Below are positions 9,547 through 18,759 of a stretch of 51,630 bases of DNA, piece after piece; position 1 is the first letter of the stretch; each line of letters begins with the position of its first letter. The notes beneath the pieces are model-generated. The model did no database searches. It had not been told where the DNA came from and worked only from the letters and a program-made list of their open reading frames with translations. The position numbers and the translations under genes were made by a program. Origin of the DNA: Anaerolineae bacterium (GTDB taxonomy: Bacteria; Chloroflexota; Anaerolineae; B4-G1; SLSP01); contig PWVB01000227.1 in the NCBI GenBank assembly GCA_003562365.1, forward strand, positions 1-51,630. Direction: 5' to 3'.

Positions 9547-10208
9547 CGAGGAGCCCCTTCAAGGATCTCGACGCCGCGACTGGCACCTATGCGGGTCGCG
9601 CCGGCCTCGATCATCCGCAACGCCTCGGCGTAGGTGTGGATGCCGCCCGCAGCCTTGACACCGACGGCCGCACCCACCGCCTGGTGTATCAGGGCCACAT
9701 CCTCGACGGTGGCGCCCCCCCGGGCAAAGCCGGTGGAGGTCTTGACATAGTCGACGCCGACCTGCGTGCAGATGTGGCAGGCCGTCACCTTCTCCGCTTC
9801 CGTCAGCAGCGCGGCTTCGATGATGACCTTGAGTAGCGCACCTTGCGAATGACACACGGCTGCCACCGCCGTGATATCCTCGCGCACCGCTCCGTCGCGG
9901 CCCGCTTTGAGAAGTCCCACGGCCATAACCATATCGATCTCGGTGGCTCCCTTGGCGATGGCCAGCTCTGCCTCGGTTGCCTTGATTGCCGTCGATGTTG
10001 CACCTAAGGGGAAGCCAGCCACGGTGCCGACCGCTACATCACTACCCGCGAGCTTCCGCGCCGCCAGTGGTACGAAGACCGCGTTTACACAGACCGCGGC
10101 GAAGTGGTGGGCCAGCGCCTCACGACAGAGTCGCTCTATGTCTCCTGGGGTGGCCTCAGGCTTAAGTAAGGTGTGGTCAATGGCGCGCGCCATCTGCTGT
10201 CGGTTCAC
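9543..10208 (-). CDS. deoC: deoxyribose-phosphate aldolase
   Basis: IDHTLLKPEAT, VCVN, FPLG and the Schiff-base region VKTSTGF are collinear with Bacillus DeoC. GTG at 10208 sits 6 nt after GGAGGG and overlaps the lepB stop (GTGA). Confidence 0.9.
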   Translation of the reverse strand: MNRQQMARAIDHTLLKPEATPGDIERLCREALAHHFAAVCVNAVFVPLAARKLAGSDVAVGTVAGFPLGATSTAIKATEAELAIAKGATEIDMVMAVGLLKAGRDGAVREDITAVAAVCHSQGALLKVIIEAALLTEAEKVTACHICTQVGVDYVKTSTGFARGGATVEDVALIHQAVGAAVGVKAAGGIHTYAEALRMIEAGATRIGASRGVEILEGAPR

Positions 10209-10879
10209 GGTAGTCCCTCCAATTCGGGAAAGCTGTAGTGTGGCATCCCGCCCCATTTTTCGGGAGGCCAATAGCGGAAGATCGTCTTTCCCATCAAGTT
10301 CTCCTGCGGCAGCGTCCCCCAGACGTGAGAGTCGCTGGAGTTGTTGCGATTGTCACCGAGGACCAGATACTCCTCCTCGTTCAGGGCAAAGGCCTCTTCG
10401 TAGAGCGGGGGGCCGCTGACATACGGTTCATTGAGCGCAATCCCGTTGATCCAGATCCGGCCCTCGCGAATCTCCACTCGCTCCCCGGGCAGCCCAATCA
10501 CCCGTTTGATGTAGGGAATCGGGCTCCGATCGTCCGGCGGTTCCAGTACAACGATGTCCCCGCGCTGCGGCGCCCGCAGCCAGTAGGCGAACTTGCTGAC
10601 GATAAGGTATTGTCCCTCGTGGAGCGTCGGTTCCATGCTGATGGATTGCACCTCATAACGTCCGGTCAGAGTGTTGACGAGCGCGAAAATCACGACCGCC
10701 AGGACCAGTGTTTCCAGGACATCTCGGATCCACACCCAGGATCGGCTTCCCGTGGATCTCAGCAAAGTGACGTCATCCTCGACGATCGTTGCTACGTTGA
10801 GCTTGGTGTAGCGGGAGGCACCAGAGCCGGACGGCACATCCGCCACCCTGATCTGTGGGGCATCTGCGGGTTGCGTCAT
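10205..10879 (-). CDS. lepB: signal peptidase I
   Basis: Catalytic SMEPTL and YIKRVIGLPG boxes plus GDNRNNSSDSHVWG. One N-terminal TM. Confidence 0.9.
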   Translation of the reverse strand: MTQPADAPQIRVADVPSGSGASRYTKLNVATIVEDDVTLLRSTGSRSWVWIRDVLETLVLAVVIFALVNTLTGRYEVQSISMEPTLHEGQYLIVSKFAYWLRAPQRGDIVVLEPPDDRSPIPYIKRVIGLPGERVEIREGRIWINGIALNEPYVSGPPLYEEAFALNEEEYLVLGDNRNNSSDSHVWGTLPQENLMGKTIFRYWPPEKWGGMPHYSFPELEGLP

Positions 10880-10882
10880 CTG

Positions 10883-11506
10883 CTACTGCGTTCCTTGTAG
10901 TTCGGGGAAGGCATAGTGCGGGATTCTTCCCCAGGACTCTGGCGGCCAATAGGAGAAAAAGGCCTTGCCGATGATATGCTCCTCCTGCAGTGCACCCCAA
11001 GCATGGGAGTCGCTGGAGTTATTGCGATTGTCTCCCAGGACGAAGTACTTGCCCTCGTCCACGACCCAGTTGCCCGAGTAGTTGGGAGGAGTGCTGATGT
11101 AGGGCTCGTTGATCGCAATACCATTCACCCAGACCCGTTGATCCCGGACCTCCACCAGATCCCCCGGTAGCCCGATGACCCGCTTGATGTAAGGGACCGG
11201 ACTGTTGCGGTTGGGTGGTTCCAGCACCACCACATCACCGCGTTCAGGGGGATGGAGCCAATAGGCAACCTTGCTCGCGATCAGATATTGCCCATCGTGC
11301 AGTCCGGGCTCCATGCTTTGCCCGTGGACCTGATATCTGCCGGTCAACAGGTTGATGACGAAGAACAATATGGCCGCGAGAAGCAGCGTCTCCAGGGTAT
11401 CCTGTAACCAGGAGCGCAGACCGAGTGATCCCTCGCTAGAGGTCTCCTGCTCGTCCTGCGATGTCTCCCCCAGTTCCGAGGCCTCGCTTACCCGATCACT
11501 GCTCAA
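10883..11506 (-). CDS. lepB: signal peptidase I (tandem paralog)
   Basis: SMEPGL, YIKRVIGLPG and GDNRNNSSDSHAWG. TTG start at 11506 lies 7 nt after GGAGG. Confidence 0.85.
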   Translation of the reverse strand: MSSDRVSEASELGETSQDEQETSSEGSLGLRSWLQDTLETLLLAAILFFVINLLTGRYQVHGQSMEPGLHDGQYLIASKVAYWLHPPERGDVVVLEPPNRNSPVPYIKRVIGLPGDLVEVRDQRVWVNGIAINEPYISTPPNYSGNWVVDEGKYFVLGDNRNNSSDSHAWGALQEEHIIGKAFFSYWPPESWGRIPHYAFPELQGTQ

Positions 11507-11535
11507 GAACTCGCCTCCGTTCCATTTGGCCCTGC

Positions 11536-11563
11536 ATTATAGTTCATGTCTCGGCTGCGGCAA
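11536..11563 (-). promoter_or_regulatory. candidate sigma-70-type promoter TTGCCG-16-TATAAT for the lepB-lepB-deoC-Zn-ribbon operon
   Basis: Minus-strand read: TTGCCG at 11563-11558, TATAAT at 11541-11536. Sits about 30 nt upstream of the TTG start. Confidence 0.45.
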
Positions 11564-11688
11564 CCCAAGCTCCCCCGCGGGCGCCGAGACAGGTTTGGTC
11601 TGCAATCCGAAGATACAAAGTGGGCTCTCCCGATCAGACTGTTGGCTTCTGCCTCTTTGTTGAGACGGGCACTCCTTCGCCATCTAGC

Positions 11689-11720
11689 AAAAAACACCCC
11701 TGTCCCCGGACAGGGGTGTC
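11689..11720 (-). terminator. rho-independent terminator (10-11 bp GC stem plus T6) downstream of the small membrane protein gene
   Basis: Minus-strand read: CACCCCTGTCC-GGG-GACAGGGGTG followed by TTTTTT. Confidence 0.75.
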
Positions 11721-11817
11721 GCATTGAGGCGCCTCGCGGTCCGCTCACCGACAAACACCTAGGCCGATCTCGAGCCCGGTGGGGGCACTCGCTGGATGCC
11801 CGTGAGAGAGAATCCTC

Positions 11818-12075
11818 TTAGTCGTCGGTGGCCTTGCTTCCCTCGGTGGTAGAACCCTCTATCGTCTCGGTTGTCTCTTCTTCATCCTCCCATCCGATGA
11901 TCCAGACCGCGAGTCCGGCGACCAGAATCGTAGCGATAATCAGCGCTGCCCACTGTCCCGGCAAGAGCCCGACGTCGCGGGCCGACCAGATGAGAATCGC
12001 GACCATTCCGATGGCTAGGACGATCCATGAGGTCCACTGGGGATGTTCCTTGACGAACCGCTTGATCTGTTCCAT
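11818..12075 (-). CDS. small two-TM membrane protein with acidic C-terminal tail, unknown function
   Basis: AGGAGG lies upstream of the ATG at 12075. Two clear hydrophobic helices. Followed by the terminator above. Confidence 0.5.
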   Translation of the reverse strand: MEQIKRFVKEHPQWTSWIVLAIGMVAILIWSARDVGLLPGQWAALIIATILVAGLAVWIIGWEDEEETTETIEGSTTEGSKATDD

Positions 12076-12137
12076 ACGCAAACCTACCTCCTGCAGTTAA
12101 GTTAGGCGCCGTTAAACGGCGTGGGTCACGGCGGCAC

Positions 12138-12665
12138 TCAGAGCGGGTGCTGCGTGTACGTCTCCCGTAGGCGCTTGACTAGCACGTCGTGTGTGGCGTG
12201 CCGCCCCCGCTCGACCACCGCCTCACGCCAGGGCTGTGGCAGCGCCGCCAGATGCTCAAATGCATATCCCAGCCTCTCCCAGTAGGTCACAAGATTGGGG
12301 CTCGGATCAGGCGGCAGAAAGAGGATCACCGCTTCGGCCTGGAGGTCCACTGCCTCCGCCTCCATGCGAGCAATCAACAATTTACCAATGGAGATCGGGT
12401 CGGCGACGGATCGCAACAGAAAATCGGTCACCCGGACGACGAAATCCTCGATCTGCCATCCGAGTAGGCCAACGATGTCTTGCTCGATCTCCGCAATCAT
12501 AAAGCCCACCTGGCTGAAGCGGTCGGCGACGTCGGATGCGGTGACAGCAAGTCGCGGATACCACTGACTGGGCTCGGTCGGGCTGTTGGCACGGGAGGCG
12601 TTGACAAAGGCGGCGATGGCCTGGGCATCTGATAGCCTGGCGCGCCGCACCCTGGTCTCCACCAT
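12138..12665 (-). CDS. divergent GNAT-like acetyltransferase-fold protein
   Basis: GGAGGA lies upstream of the ATG. N-terminus VRRARLSDAQAIAAFV and C-terminus WERLGYAF fit the GNAT pattern, but the canonical R/Q-x-x-G-x-G/A acetyl-CoA loop is not evident. Confidence 0.35.
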   Translation of the reverse strand: MVETRVRRARLSDAQAIAAFVNASRANSPTEPSQWYPRLAVTASDVADRFSQVGFMIAEIEQDIVGLLGWQIEDFVVRVTDFLLRSVADPISIGKLLIARMEAEAVDLQAEAVILFLPPDPSPNLVTYWERLGYAFEHLAALPQPWREAVVERGRHATHDVLVKRLRETYTQHPL

Positions 12666-12797
12666 TCCGCGCTCCTCCTCTAACCCGCATCCTACCGTCT
12701 ATCAGGTACACCACGCGCCATTATACCTAGGTTTCACGATTCTACAACGATTGGTTATAATGGGACTGTGGTGTCCACGAGAGGGAGGAGCGAGGCC

Positions 12798-13523
12798 GTG
12801 GAGGAACTCATCGCTGGTGCTCAGGATCTGCGGATCCCCTTGACGCCCGAGCACGTCGCGGCGTTGCAGCACTATCAAGTCCAGCTGATTACCTGGAACG
12901 AACGCTTTAACCTGACGGCGATCACCGACGACATCGGGATCCAGGTCCGTCATTTTCTTGACTCCTTCTCGTGCTTGCTGGCTCTCGAGGCTGGTGAACG
13001 GCTTGCCGGAAAAGCGATCATCGATGTGGGCACGGGGGCAGGCTTTCCGGGCATTCCCCTGAAGATCCTCTGTCCGGGCATACGGCTGACGCTTTTGGAG
13101 GCCACGGCCAAAAAAGTTCGTTTTTTGCGACACATCGTCGGTGAACTGGCCCTGAAGGATGTTCAGGTCATCCATCAACGCGCTGAGGCGTTGGGGCAGG
13201 AACCGCGTCATCGCGAGCGCTATGATTGGGCTATGGCCCGCGCGGTTGCCGATCTGCCGATTCTGTTGGAATATCTGTTGCCCCTGGTGCGCATCGGTGG
13301 ACGGGCGCTGGCACAGAAAGGGGAAGGCGCCCCGTCTGAGGTGCAGCGCAGCGAATGGGCCTTGCGACAATTGGGCGGGCAGACCCGGCGCTTGGTCCCC
13401 GTTGATCTGAGAGGCCTGACGGAAACGCGCTACCTCGTGGTTGTGGACAAAATCGCGGCAACGCCCATCCAGTATCCGCGGCGACCCGGCATGCCCGCCA
13501 AGCGCCCGCTCACGGAGGCTTAG
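12798..13523 (+). CDS. rsmG: 16S rRNA (guanine527-N7)-methyltransferase
   Basis: WNERFNLTAI, RHFLDS and the SAM motif IDVGTGAGFPGIPLKI. GTG at 12798 lies 8 nt after GGGAGGAG. Confidence 0.88.
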   Translation: MEELIAGAQDLRIPLTPEHVAALQHYQVQLITWNERFNLTAITDDIGIQVRHFLDSFSCLLALEAGERLAGKAIIDVGTGAGFPGIPLKILCPGIRLTLLEATAKKVRFLRHIVGELALKDVQVIHQRAEALGQEPRHRERYDWAMARAVADLPILLEYLLPLVRIGGRALAQKGEGAPSEVQRSEWALRQLGGQTRRLVPVDLRGLTETRYLVVVDKIAATPIQYPRRPGMPAKRPLTEA

Positions 13524-13541
13524 ATATCAGCCCGGGAGCAT

Positions 13542-16022
13542 TCACTCTCGCAGGGTAGGTCCGGGCACGATGGGATCCCAAGGGCCGGCGTAAAGCCATT
13601 GATAGCCGGCGTAGTGTTCGCGGATCAGGCGGACGTAGCGCCGAGTCTCGTGAAAGTCGATCACCTCCGCAAACAGGTCGGTGTCGCCCTCCGCCGTCCG
13701 CCACCAACGCAACGCATTGCCCGGTCCTCCGTTGTAAGCTGCCATCGCCACAAAAGGATTTCCGTCGGCGAGCCCCATCTGCTCCGCAAGATACCAGACG
13801 CCAAACCGCACGCTGACCAGCGGTCGGTAGAGGTCGCGGGTCTGGTAGTCTGGTGGCCACGCCAGCGACTCAGCGATGTAGGCGCCGGTGGGGGGAATCA
13901 CCTGCATCAGCCCGTGCGCCGCTGCGATGGAGGTGGCTGGACCCTCGAAGAGGCTCTCCTGTCGCAGGAGCGCGTAGACAAAGAGCGGTGAAAGCTCGTG
14001 GGTGGCCGACTCCTGCTCGACAAGCCGGGCATAGTAGGTGGGGTAGATAAGGCAGCCGATGAAGCGCGGCAGTTGGACCAGTCCCTGGGCCGGCGAGAGC
14101 CGCCAGAGTGTGGACGCGGCGATGATTGAGGAGCGGTAGAGGCCCACATCGCGAAAGGCCAGGGCCAACCGATATTGGGTCAGTGGATCACCGGCGGTCG
14201 CGATCCGCAAGGATTCCAGTTCGGTACGCCCCTCGTCGAATCGGCCCAACCGCAGGAGCAGCGTACCCCGCCGCAAGCGAGGATCTTCGGCTAGCTCCGG
14301 CGAGAGCTCTCCGACCGCCCCGTCGGCGTCCAACCCTAGCCAGTCGGCGAGCCATGTCTCGGCCTGCTGGCGGGTTTCGGAGCCGTCGCAGCTATTCAGT
14401 GGATGGGCCTGGAAGGGTACGTTCCCTTGGAGCAGATCGGCGGCTTGCAGGCCGTAGAAATCCCAGGGGCCGAGGCTAATGGCGCTGGAGAGCGCCTGCG
14501 TGGCGCTGACCGTCTCTCCGGCGTTCAGGTGGGTCTTACCCAACCAGTACCAGGCCGCCTGAGCCTGCTGATCGTACGGATACCATGCCGTTAAGGCCTG
14601 CCACGCGCTATGCGCGCCGGCAAGGTCCGCGGCCCGGTAGCGCGACAGCCCCGCCTGAAAGCGCGCTTCAGGCGCCCGCTCATCGTTCGGATAGCGGTTG
14701 GCGGCCTCCAGGAGCAGGTCGGCCGCCTCGGAGAATTGTGCTGCGTTGTTCAGTGCGCGCATGATCTGCCAGATCGGATCCGGTATCTCCACCTGATCGG
14801 GATAGAGAGCGAGTCCGTTCTGATATGCCCCGAGGGCTTCTTGAACTCGCTCCTGCGCGATCAACACCCTGGCTTTGCCCAACCACGCATCTGGAACGTA
14901 AGGGTCTCCAGGATGAGTTTCGATCAGCAGCTCGAACTCATTGAGCGCCAGATCCAAGCTCCCGGCGCCAAGAAAAGATAGTCCAGCATAGTAGTGGGGG
15001 GCGCCAACGTGATTTGGATCATCGCGGATCACCCGATAGAAGGCCTGCACAGCCGGTCCGTAAGCCCGGGCGTGGTAGTTGACCATTCCGCGCCGGAACT
15101 CATCCACCGGCACCCCGGCATTGACCAGGATCACCAGCGCATCGTGGGCCTGGCTTGCGGAGGGATAGTCGGTGATCAGATCCAGCATCCGCTGGTACGC
15201 TGCCTCTGCTTCGCCAAAGGCCAGAGCCGTGTCGGCAGCCTGGTACATGATGCGCGCCCGGTACTGGGGGTTCTGGGCGACGGCGAGTATGACATCGTAG
15301 GCCTCCAGTGCCGCGACCCCGTCGCCTTGACCCGCCCGTGCGACGGCCAGCTTCTCCAGCATCCATACCCTTCGGTTCACCGTCTCCGCCTCAGTCACCG
15401 CAGCGGCATAGGCCTGGGCCGCTGCGTCGAAGTCTCGCCGGGCATAATAGGCGTCCCCCAACCATTGATAGGCGTACGGCGCCAGCAGCGGTTCAAGCAC
15501 CAGTACGGCTGAGTAGTGGCCGGTGGCGGTCACAATCTCCCCAGCTCCCTGCAGCGCGTCGGCCAGCAACAGGTGTCCGCCAACGACAGCGATCTCGGGC
15601 GCGTCGGCGCGAATCTCGGGTGAAGCCAGGTCGGCGAGAAACGACTCCAGCAGCGCGATCGCAGCGGTGTAATCCTCATCGACCAGATAGCTTTGTGCCA
15701 GGCCCAGCGTGGCCTGAGTCCTCTGGACTGAATTCAGGTCAAGCTCGGCGAGCACCTGTTGATAGGCGCGCACTGCGACCTCCCCGTCGCCGATGTCACG
15801 TGCCGTGTGGGCTATCTGCAACTGCTCTGCCGGGAGAGGGGTAGGCGTCGGTGTTGGCGTTGGAATAAGCGTGCCCGTGGCTGTGGGCGTTGAGGTCAGG
15901 GGTGGGCGGGTGGGCGTCAAGGTCGGTGCCGAAACAAAGGGCACGCCCGGCACATCGAGCTGCGAACAACCGATGACCAATAGGGGCAACAGAACCAGTT
16001 TCCAAAGCAGTCCGATTTTCAT
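13542..16022 (-). CDS. lytic transglycosylase (SLT domain) with long TPR/superhelical N-terminal region, lipoprotein
   Basis: C-terminal SLT motifs (LLRQESLFE, AHGLMQV, AYNGGPGN). Lipobox LLVIGC followed by a Thr/Pro-rich linker. Confidence 0.85.
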   Translation of the reverse strand: MKIGLLWKLVLLPLLVIGCSQLDVPGVPFVSAPTLTPTRPPLTSTPTATGTLIPTPTPTPTPLPAEQLQIAHTARDIGDGEVAVRAYQQVLAELDLNSVQRTQATLGLAQSYLVDEDYTAAIALLESFLADLASPEIRADAPEIAVVGGHLLLADALQGAGEIVTATGHYSAVLVLEPLLAPYAYQWLGDAYYARRDFDAAAQAYAAAVTEAETVNRRVWMLEKLAVARAGQGDGVAALEAYDVILAVAQNPQYRARIMYQAADTALAFGEAEAAYQRMLDLITDYPSASQAHDALVILVNAGVPVDEFRRGMVNYHARAYGPAVQAFYRVIRDDPNHVGAPHYYAGLSFLGAGSLDLALNEFELLIETHPGDPYVPDAWLGKARVLIAQERVQEALGAYQNGLALYPDQVEIPDPIWQIMRALNNAAQFSEAADLLLEAANRYPNDERAPEARFQAGLSRYRAADLAGAHSAWQALTAWYPYDQQAQAAWYWLGKTHLNAGETVSATQALSSAISLGPWDFYGLQAADLLQGNVPFQAHPLNSCDGSETRQQAETWLADWLGLDADGAVGELSPELAEDPRLRRGTLLLRLGRFDEGRTELESLRIATAGDPLTQYRLALAFRDVGLYRSSIIAASTLWRLSPAQGLVQLPRFIGCLIYPTYYARLVEQESATHELSPLFVYALLRQESLFEGPATSIAAAHGLMQVIPPTGAYIAESLAWPPDYQTRDLYRPLVSVRFGVWYLAEQMGLADGNPFVAMAAYNGGPGNALRWWRTAEGDTDLFAEVIDFHETRRYVRLIREHYAGYQWLYAGPWDPIVPGPTLRE

Positions 16023-16074
16023 CGTGACTCAGATTATGGCGGGTTCCGGCCTGCCTGTCAATACCCAAATTCAG

Positions 16075-16103
16075 TTGCAGCTTTTGCAGATATGTATTAT
16101 CAT
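16075..16103 (+). promoter_or_regulatory. candidate promoter TTGCAG-17-TATCAT upstream of the DHOD-like gene
   Basis: Read directly in an AT-rich divergent intergenic region, 43 nt upstream of the ATG at 16146. Confidence 0.45.
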
Positions 16104-16145
16104 ATAGTTAAAAATAGGCGCGTTCACTATCAGAGGAGGTAACCT

Positions 16146-17141
16146 ATGACCGATCTAACGACCACCTATATGGGCCTTTCGTTGCGCAGTCCGATCGTGC
16201 CGTCGGCCTCACCGCTGTCTCGGAATCTCGATAACATTAAGCAGATGGCTGAGGCTGGTGCAGGCGCCATCATCCTCTACTCCCTCTTTGAGGAGCAGAT
16301 CGATCAGGAAGCTATGCTGCTGGACGATATTCTGATGGACCAACAGGATCGCTATGCAGAGATGACGGACTTCTTCCCGGAGCCGCAGATCTTCCGCCGG
16401 GATGAAATGGCCTATCTGGACCTAATTCGCGACGCGAAGGCGGCAGTCGAAATTCCCATCATCGCCAGCCTCAACGGCTACAGCGAAGGTGGATGGACGC
16501 GGTATGCTAAGGTCTTTGAGCAAGCCGGTGCCGATGCGATAGAGCTCAATTTGTATTACATCCCTACATCCCACCGTCTAACCGGTGCGCAGGTCGAGGA
16601 CCTCTATCTCAATGTTCTGCGCAACGTGAAAGACGAAGTCTCTATCCCCGTGGCGATGAAGTTGAGCCCCTTCTTCAGCTCCATCCCGCACATTACCACA
16701 ATGCTGAGCCGCAGTGGTGCCGATGGCCTTGTCCTCTTCAACCGTTTCTACCAGCCGGAGATCGATATTGAGGCGATGGCATCAAAGCGTTCGCTGGTGC
16801 TGAGCACCTCGGATGAACTGCGGCTCCCCCTACGCTGGATTGGCCTGCTCCACGGCACCTTGGATGCCTCGCTGGCGCTTACGACAGGGGTGCACACCCC
16901 AGAGGACGTGATCAAAGCCTTGTTGGCCGGCGCTGATATCGCCAATGTCTGTTCGGTGTTGCTTAAAGATGGCATTGAGAAGCTGGAGGACCTGGTTAAG
17001 GGCGTGGACCTCTGGTTGGAGCGTCACGACTATGCATCGGTGGCGGAGATCAAAGGAATCCTGAGCCATCAGCAGACACCCAACCCGGCGGCCTTCGAGC
17101 GCGCTAACTACGTGCAGTTGGTTGGTTCTGACGGGTTTTAG
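16146..17141 (+). CDS. dihydroorotate dehydrogenase-like protein (class 1 DHOD fold, function uncertain)
   Basis: GGAGG lies upstream of the ATG. N-terminus TTYMGLSLRSPIVPSASPLS and IELNLY, FNRF match the DHOD-like TIM-barrel family. Confidence 0.7.
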   Translation: MTDLTTTYMGLSLRSPIVPSASPLSRNLDNIKQMAEAGAGAIILYSLFEEQIDQEAMLLDDILMDQQDRYAEMTDFFPEPQIFRRDEMAYLDLIRDAKAAVEIPIIASLNGYSEGGWTRYAKVFEQAGADAIELNLYYIPTSHRLTGAQVEDLYLNVLRNVKDEVSIPVAMKLSPFFSSIPHITTMLSRSGADGLVLFNRFYQPEIDIEAMASKRSLVLSTSDELRLPLRWIGLLHGTLDASLALTTGVHTPEDVIKALLAGADIANVCSVLLKDGIEKLEDLVKGVDLWLERHDYASVAEIKGILSHQQTPNPAAFERANYVQLVGSDGF

Positions 17142-17152
17142 GTATTCGATCA

Positions 17153-17719
17153 ATGGATGACTCCGGTTTCTACACCGGTAAAGGGGATCGCGGCGACACC
17201 GGCCGTTTAATGAGCGCAGGGCGAGTTTCCAAAGACAGCGCGCTGATCGAGGCGGTCGGCGCGCTTGATGAGGCTACTTCTGCCATCGGCGTTGCCCGCG
17301 CGCGGTGTCCTGTCGTGCAGCTGCAGGAGAGACTGGCTGCTGTGCAGCACCATCTCTATCGGCTGATGGCGCATTTGTCGGCGGTACCCGAAGCGCGGCA
17401 GCAATATCCTGGCCTCCGGCAAGCGGAAGTCGACTGGTTGGAGCAACTCATCGCCCAGCTGGAGGCCGATCTTCCTTCGCTCAAAGACTTCGTGCTTCCC
17501 GGTGACGCCGAGGACAGTGCCGCTCTGCATGTTGCGCGCGCTGTGGTGCGCCGGGCGGAACGCCGCCTTGTAGCGCTGAGCGAGCTAGAACCCAACGTGG
17601 ACCAGTCCAATCTCGCCTACATCAACCGGCTCTCCTCGCTGATGTTTGTTGCTGCTCTCTATGTGGATCAGTCCGCTGGTAGAAGTCCAAGCTTGGCCAA
17701 GCAGCAATACGATATCTGA
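17153..17719 (+). CDS. PduO-type ATP:cob(I)alamin adenosyltransferase
   Basis: N-terminus YTGKGDRGDTG, then ALDEA, LQ..L and FVLPG helical-bundle motifs. Confidence 0.85.
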   Translation: MDDSGFYTGKGDRGDTGRLMSAGRVSKDSALIEAVGALDEATSAIGVARARCPVVQLQERLAAVQHHLYRLMAHLSAVPEARQQYPGLRQAEVDWLEQLIAQLEADLPSLKDFVLPGDAEDSAALHVARAVVRRAERRLVALSELEPNVDQSNLAYINRLSSLMFVAALYVDQSAGRSPSLAKQQYDI

Positions 17720-17744
17720 TTCCCACCATCAACTATGTTTTGCC

Positions 17745-17776
17745 GTCCCGGCACTTTCAGTCCAGGGTGCCGGGAC
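17745..17776 (+). terminator. hairpin GTCCCGGCAC-12-GTGCCGGGAC after the adenosyltransferase gene
   Basis: 10-bp perfect stem 26 nt after the stop. The downstream T-tract is weak (GTTGTAT). Confidence 0.45.
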
Positions 17777-17952
17777 GTTGTATGCATGAGTGGCGGTTGC
17801 GGGTCGCTGCCCTGGTTCCCCCTTAAATTAAAGACGCTTGTCTTGAAAATTAGCACGTTCCTGTTAGGCTTGTTGTGTACAATGTGGGGTGGTGTCCGTC
17901 GGTTGGGCACTCCAGACCAGAATGTGGATGGGCAAAGGAGCCGCTGAACAAT

Positions 17953-18564
17953 ATGGGACGATACACTGGTCCAAAGAATAAACGATCCCGGCGCGAAGGG
18001 GTGGATCTCTTCGGCAACGGGGGCGCAAGCCTAGAGCGACGCCTCGATCAACCGCCCGGTATGCACGGGCGCGGCGCGGCGTTTCGCCGCCGTCGTCGTG
18101 GTGATTACGAGCGTCAATTGCGGGAAAAACAGAAGGCGAAGCGGATGTATGGCATGCGCGAGCGGCAGTTTCGCCGTTTCTTCCGGATGGCCCAGCGATC
18201 CTCGGACTCGACGGGCGAAGCCCTGCTGAGGTTGCTGGAACGCCGGCTGGACAACGTTGTTTTTCGGATGGGATGGGCACGGACACGGCCTCAGGCCCGG
18301 CAGTTTGTGACGCACGGGCACGTTCGTGTCGATGGTCGGCGCGTCAATGTTCCCTCATATCTGGTGGATCCGGATCAGACGCTCACCTTGACGCTGCCGG
18401 TGCATCGTGTCCCCGAGATCGGCAAACTGCTTGATGCACCCTCTCCCCTCCCCGACTGGTTGGCACGGGAGGGCGCCCGGGGACGGGTGCTGAGGGCGCC
18501 TCAACCGGGAGGGATCGCGAGCCCTATTGAAATGCAGCTCATCGTCGATTTCTACGCCCGGTAG
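17953..18564 (+). CDS. rpsD: 30S ribosomal protein S4
   Basis: [16 protein letters not shown]... and the S4 RNA-binding domain [32 protein letters not shown] lies upstream of the ATG at 17953. Confidence 0.95.
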   Translation: MGRYTGPKNKRSRREGVDLFGNGGASLERRLDQPPGMHGRGAAFRRRRRGDYERQLREKQKAKRMYGMRERQFRRFFRMAQRSSDSTGEALLRLLERRLDNVVFRMGWARTRPQARQFVTHGHVRVDGRRVNVPSYLVDPDQTLTLTLPVHRVPEIGKLLDAPSPLPDWLAREGARGRVLRAPQPGGIASPIEMQLIVDFYAR

Positions 18565-18624
18565 CGCTCTGCCGGATCCGCTTGCCTCCCGGCACCGGTC
18601 GGCCTTCCGTGCATAAGCCTATGC

Positions 18625-18666
18625 CGCTCGCCGGGATTCGGAGTGCCCGGGGAGCGCTTTTGCTTG
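18625..18666 (+). terminator. rho-independent terminator after rpsD
   Basis: Stem 18625-18635 pairs with 18646-18656 (10 of 11 pairs), followed by CTTTTGCTT. Confidence 0.6.
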
Positions 18667-18759
18667 TCTCCTTCGAATTGCATGCTATCGTTGACGCCAC
18701 GATGATGCGCGGCTGTTGCGCCGGGCAGCACGCCTGAAAGATCTGTGGAGGTAGACGTG

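Noticed and set aside
10238-10900. 220-aa plus-strand ORF (and similar ORFs at 5733..6389, 9871..10419, 27828..28439, 45484..46146)
   Set aside because: All lie antisense to genes with clear family motifs (lepB, GH-like, deoC, AmaP-like, dnaJ). These are shadow ORFs expected in high-GC DNA.
12702-13370. 222-aa minus-strand ORF
   Set aside because: Antisense to rsmG, whose motifs are unambiguous.
15830-15910. Short tandem-looking GGCGT/GGTGT repeats that might be taken for a repeat array
   Set aside because: They encode the Thr/Pro-rich (TPTPTPTP) linker after the lipobox of the lytic transglycosylase. This is not a CRISPR or non-coding repeat. No CRISPR-like array is visible anywhere in the window.
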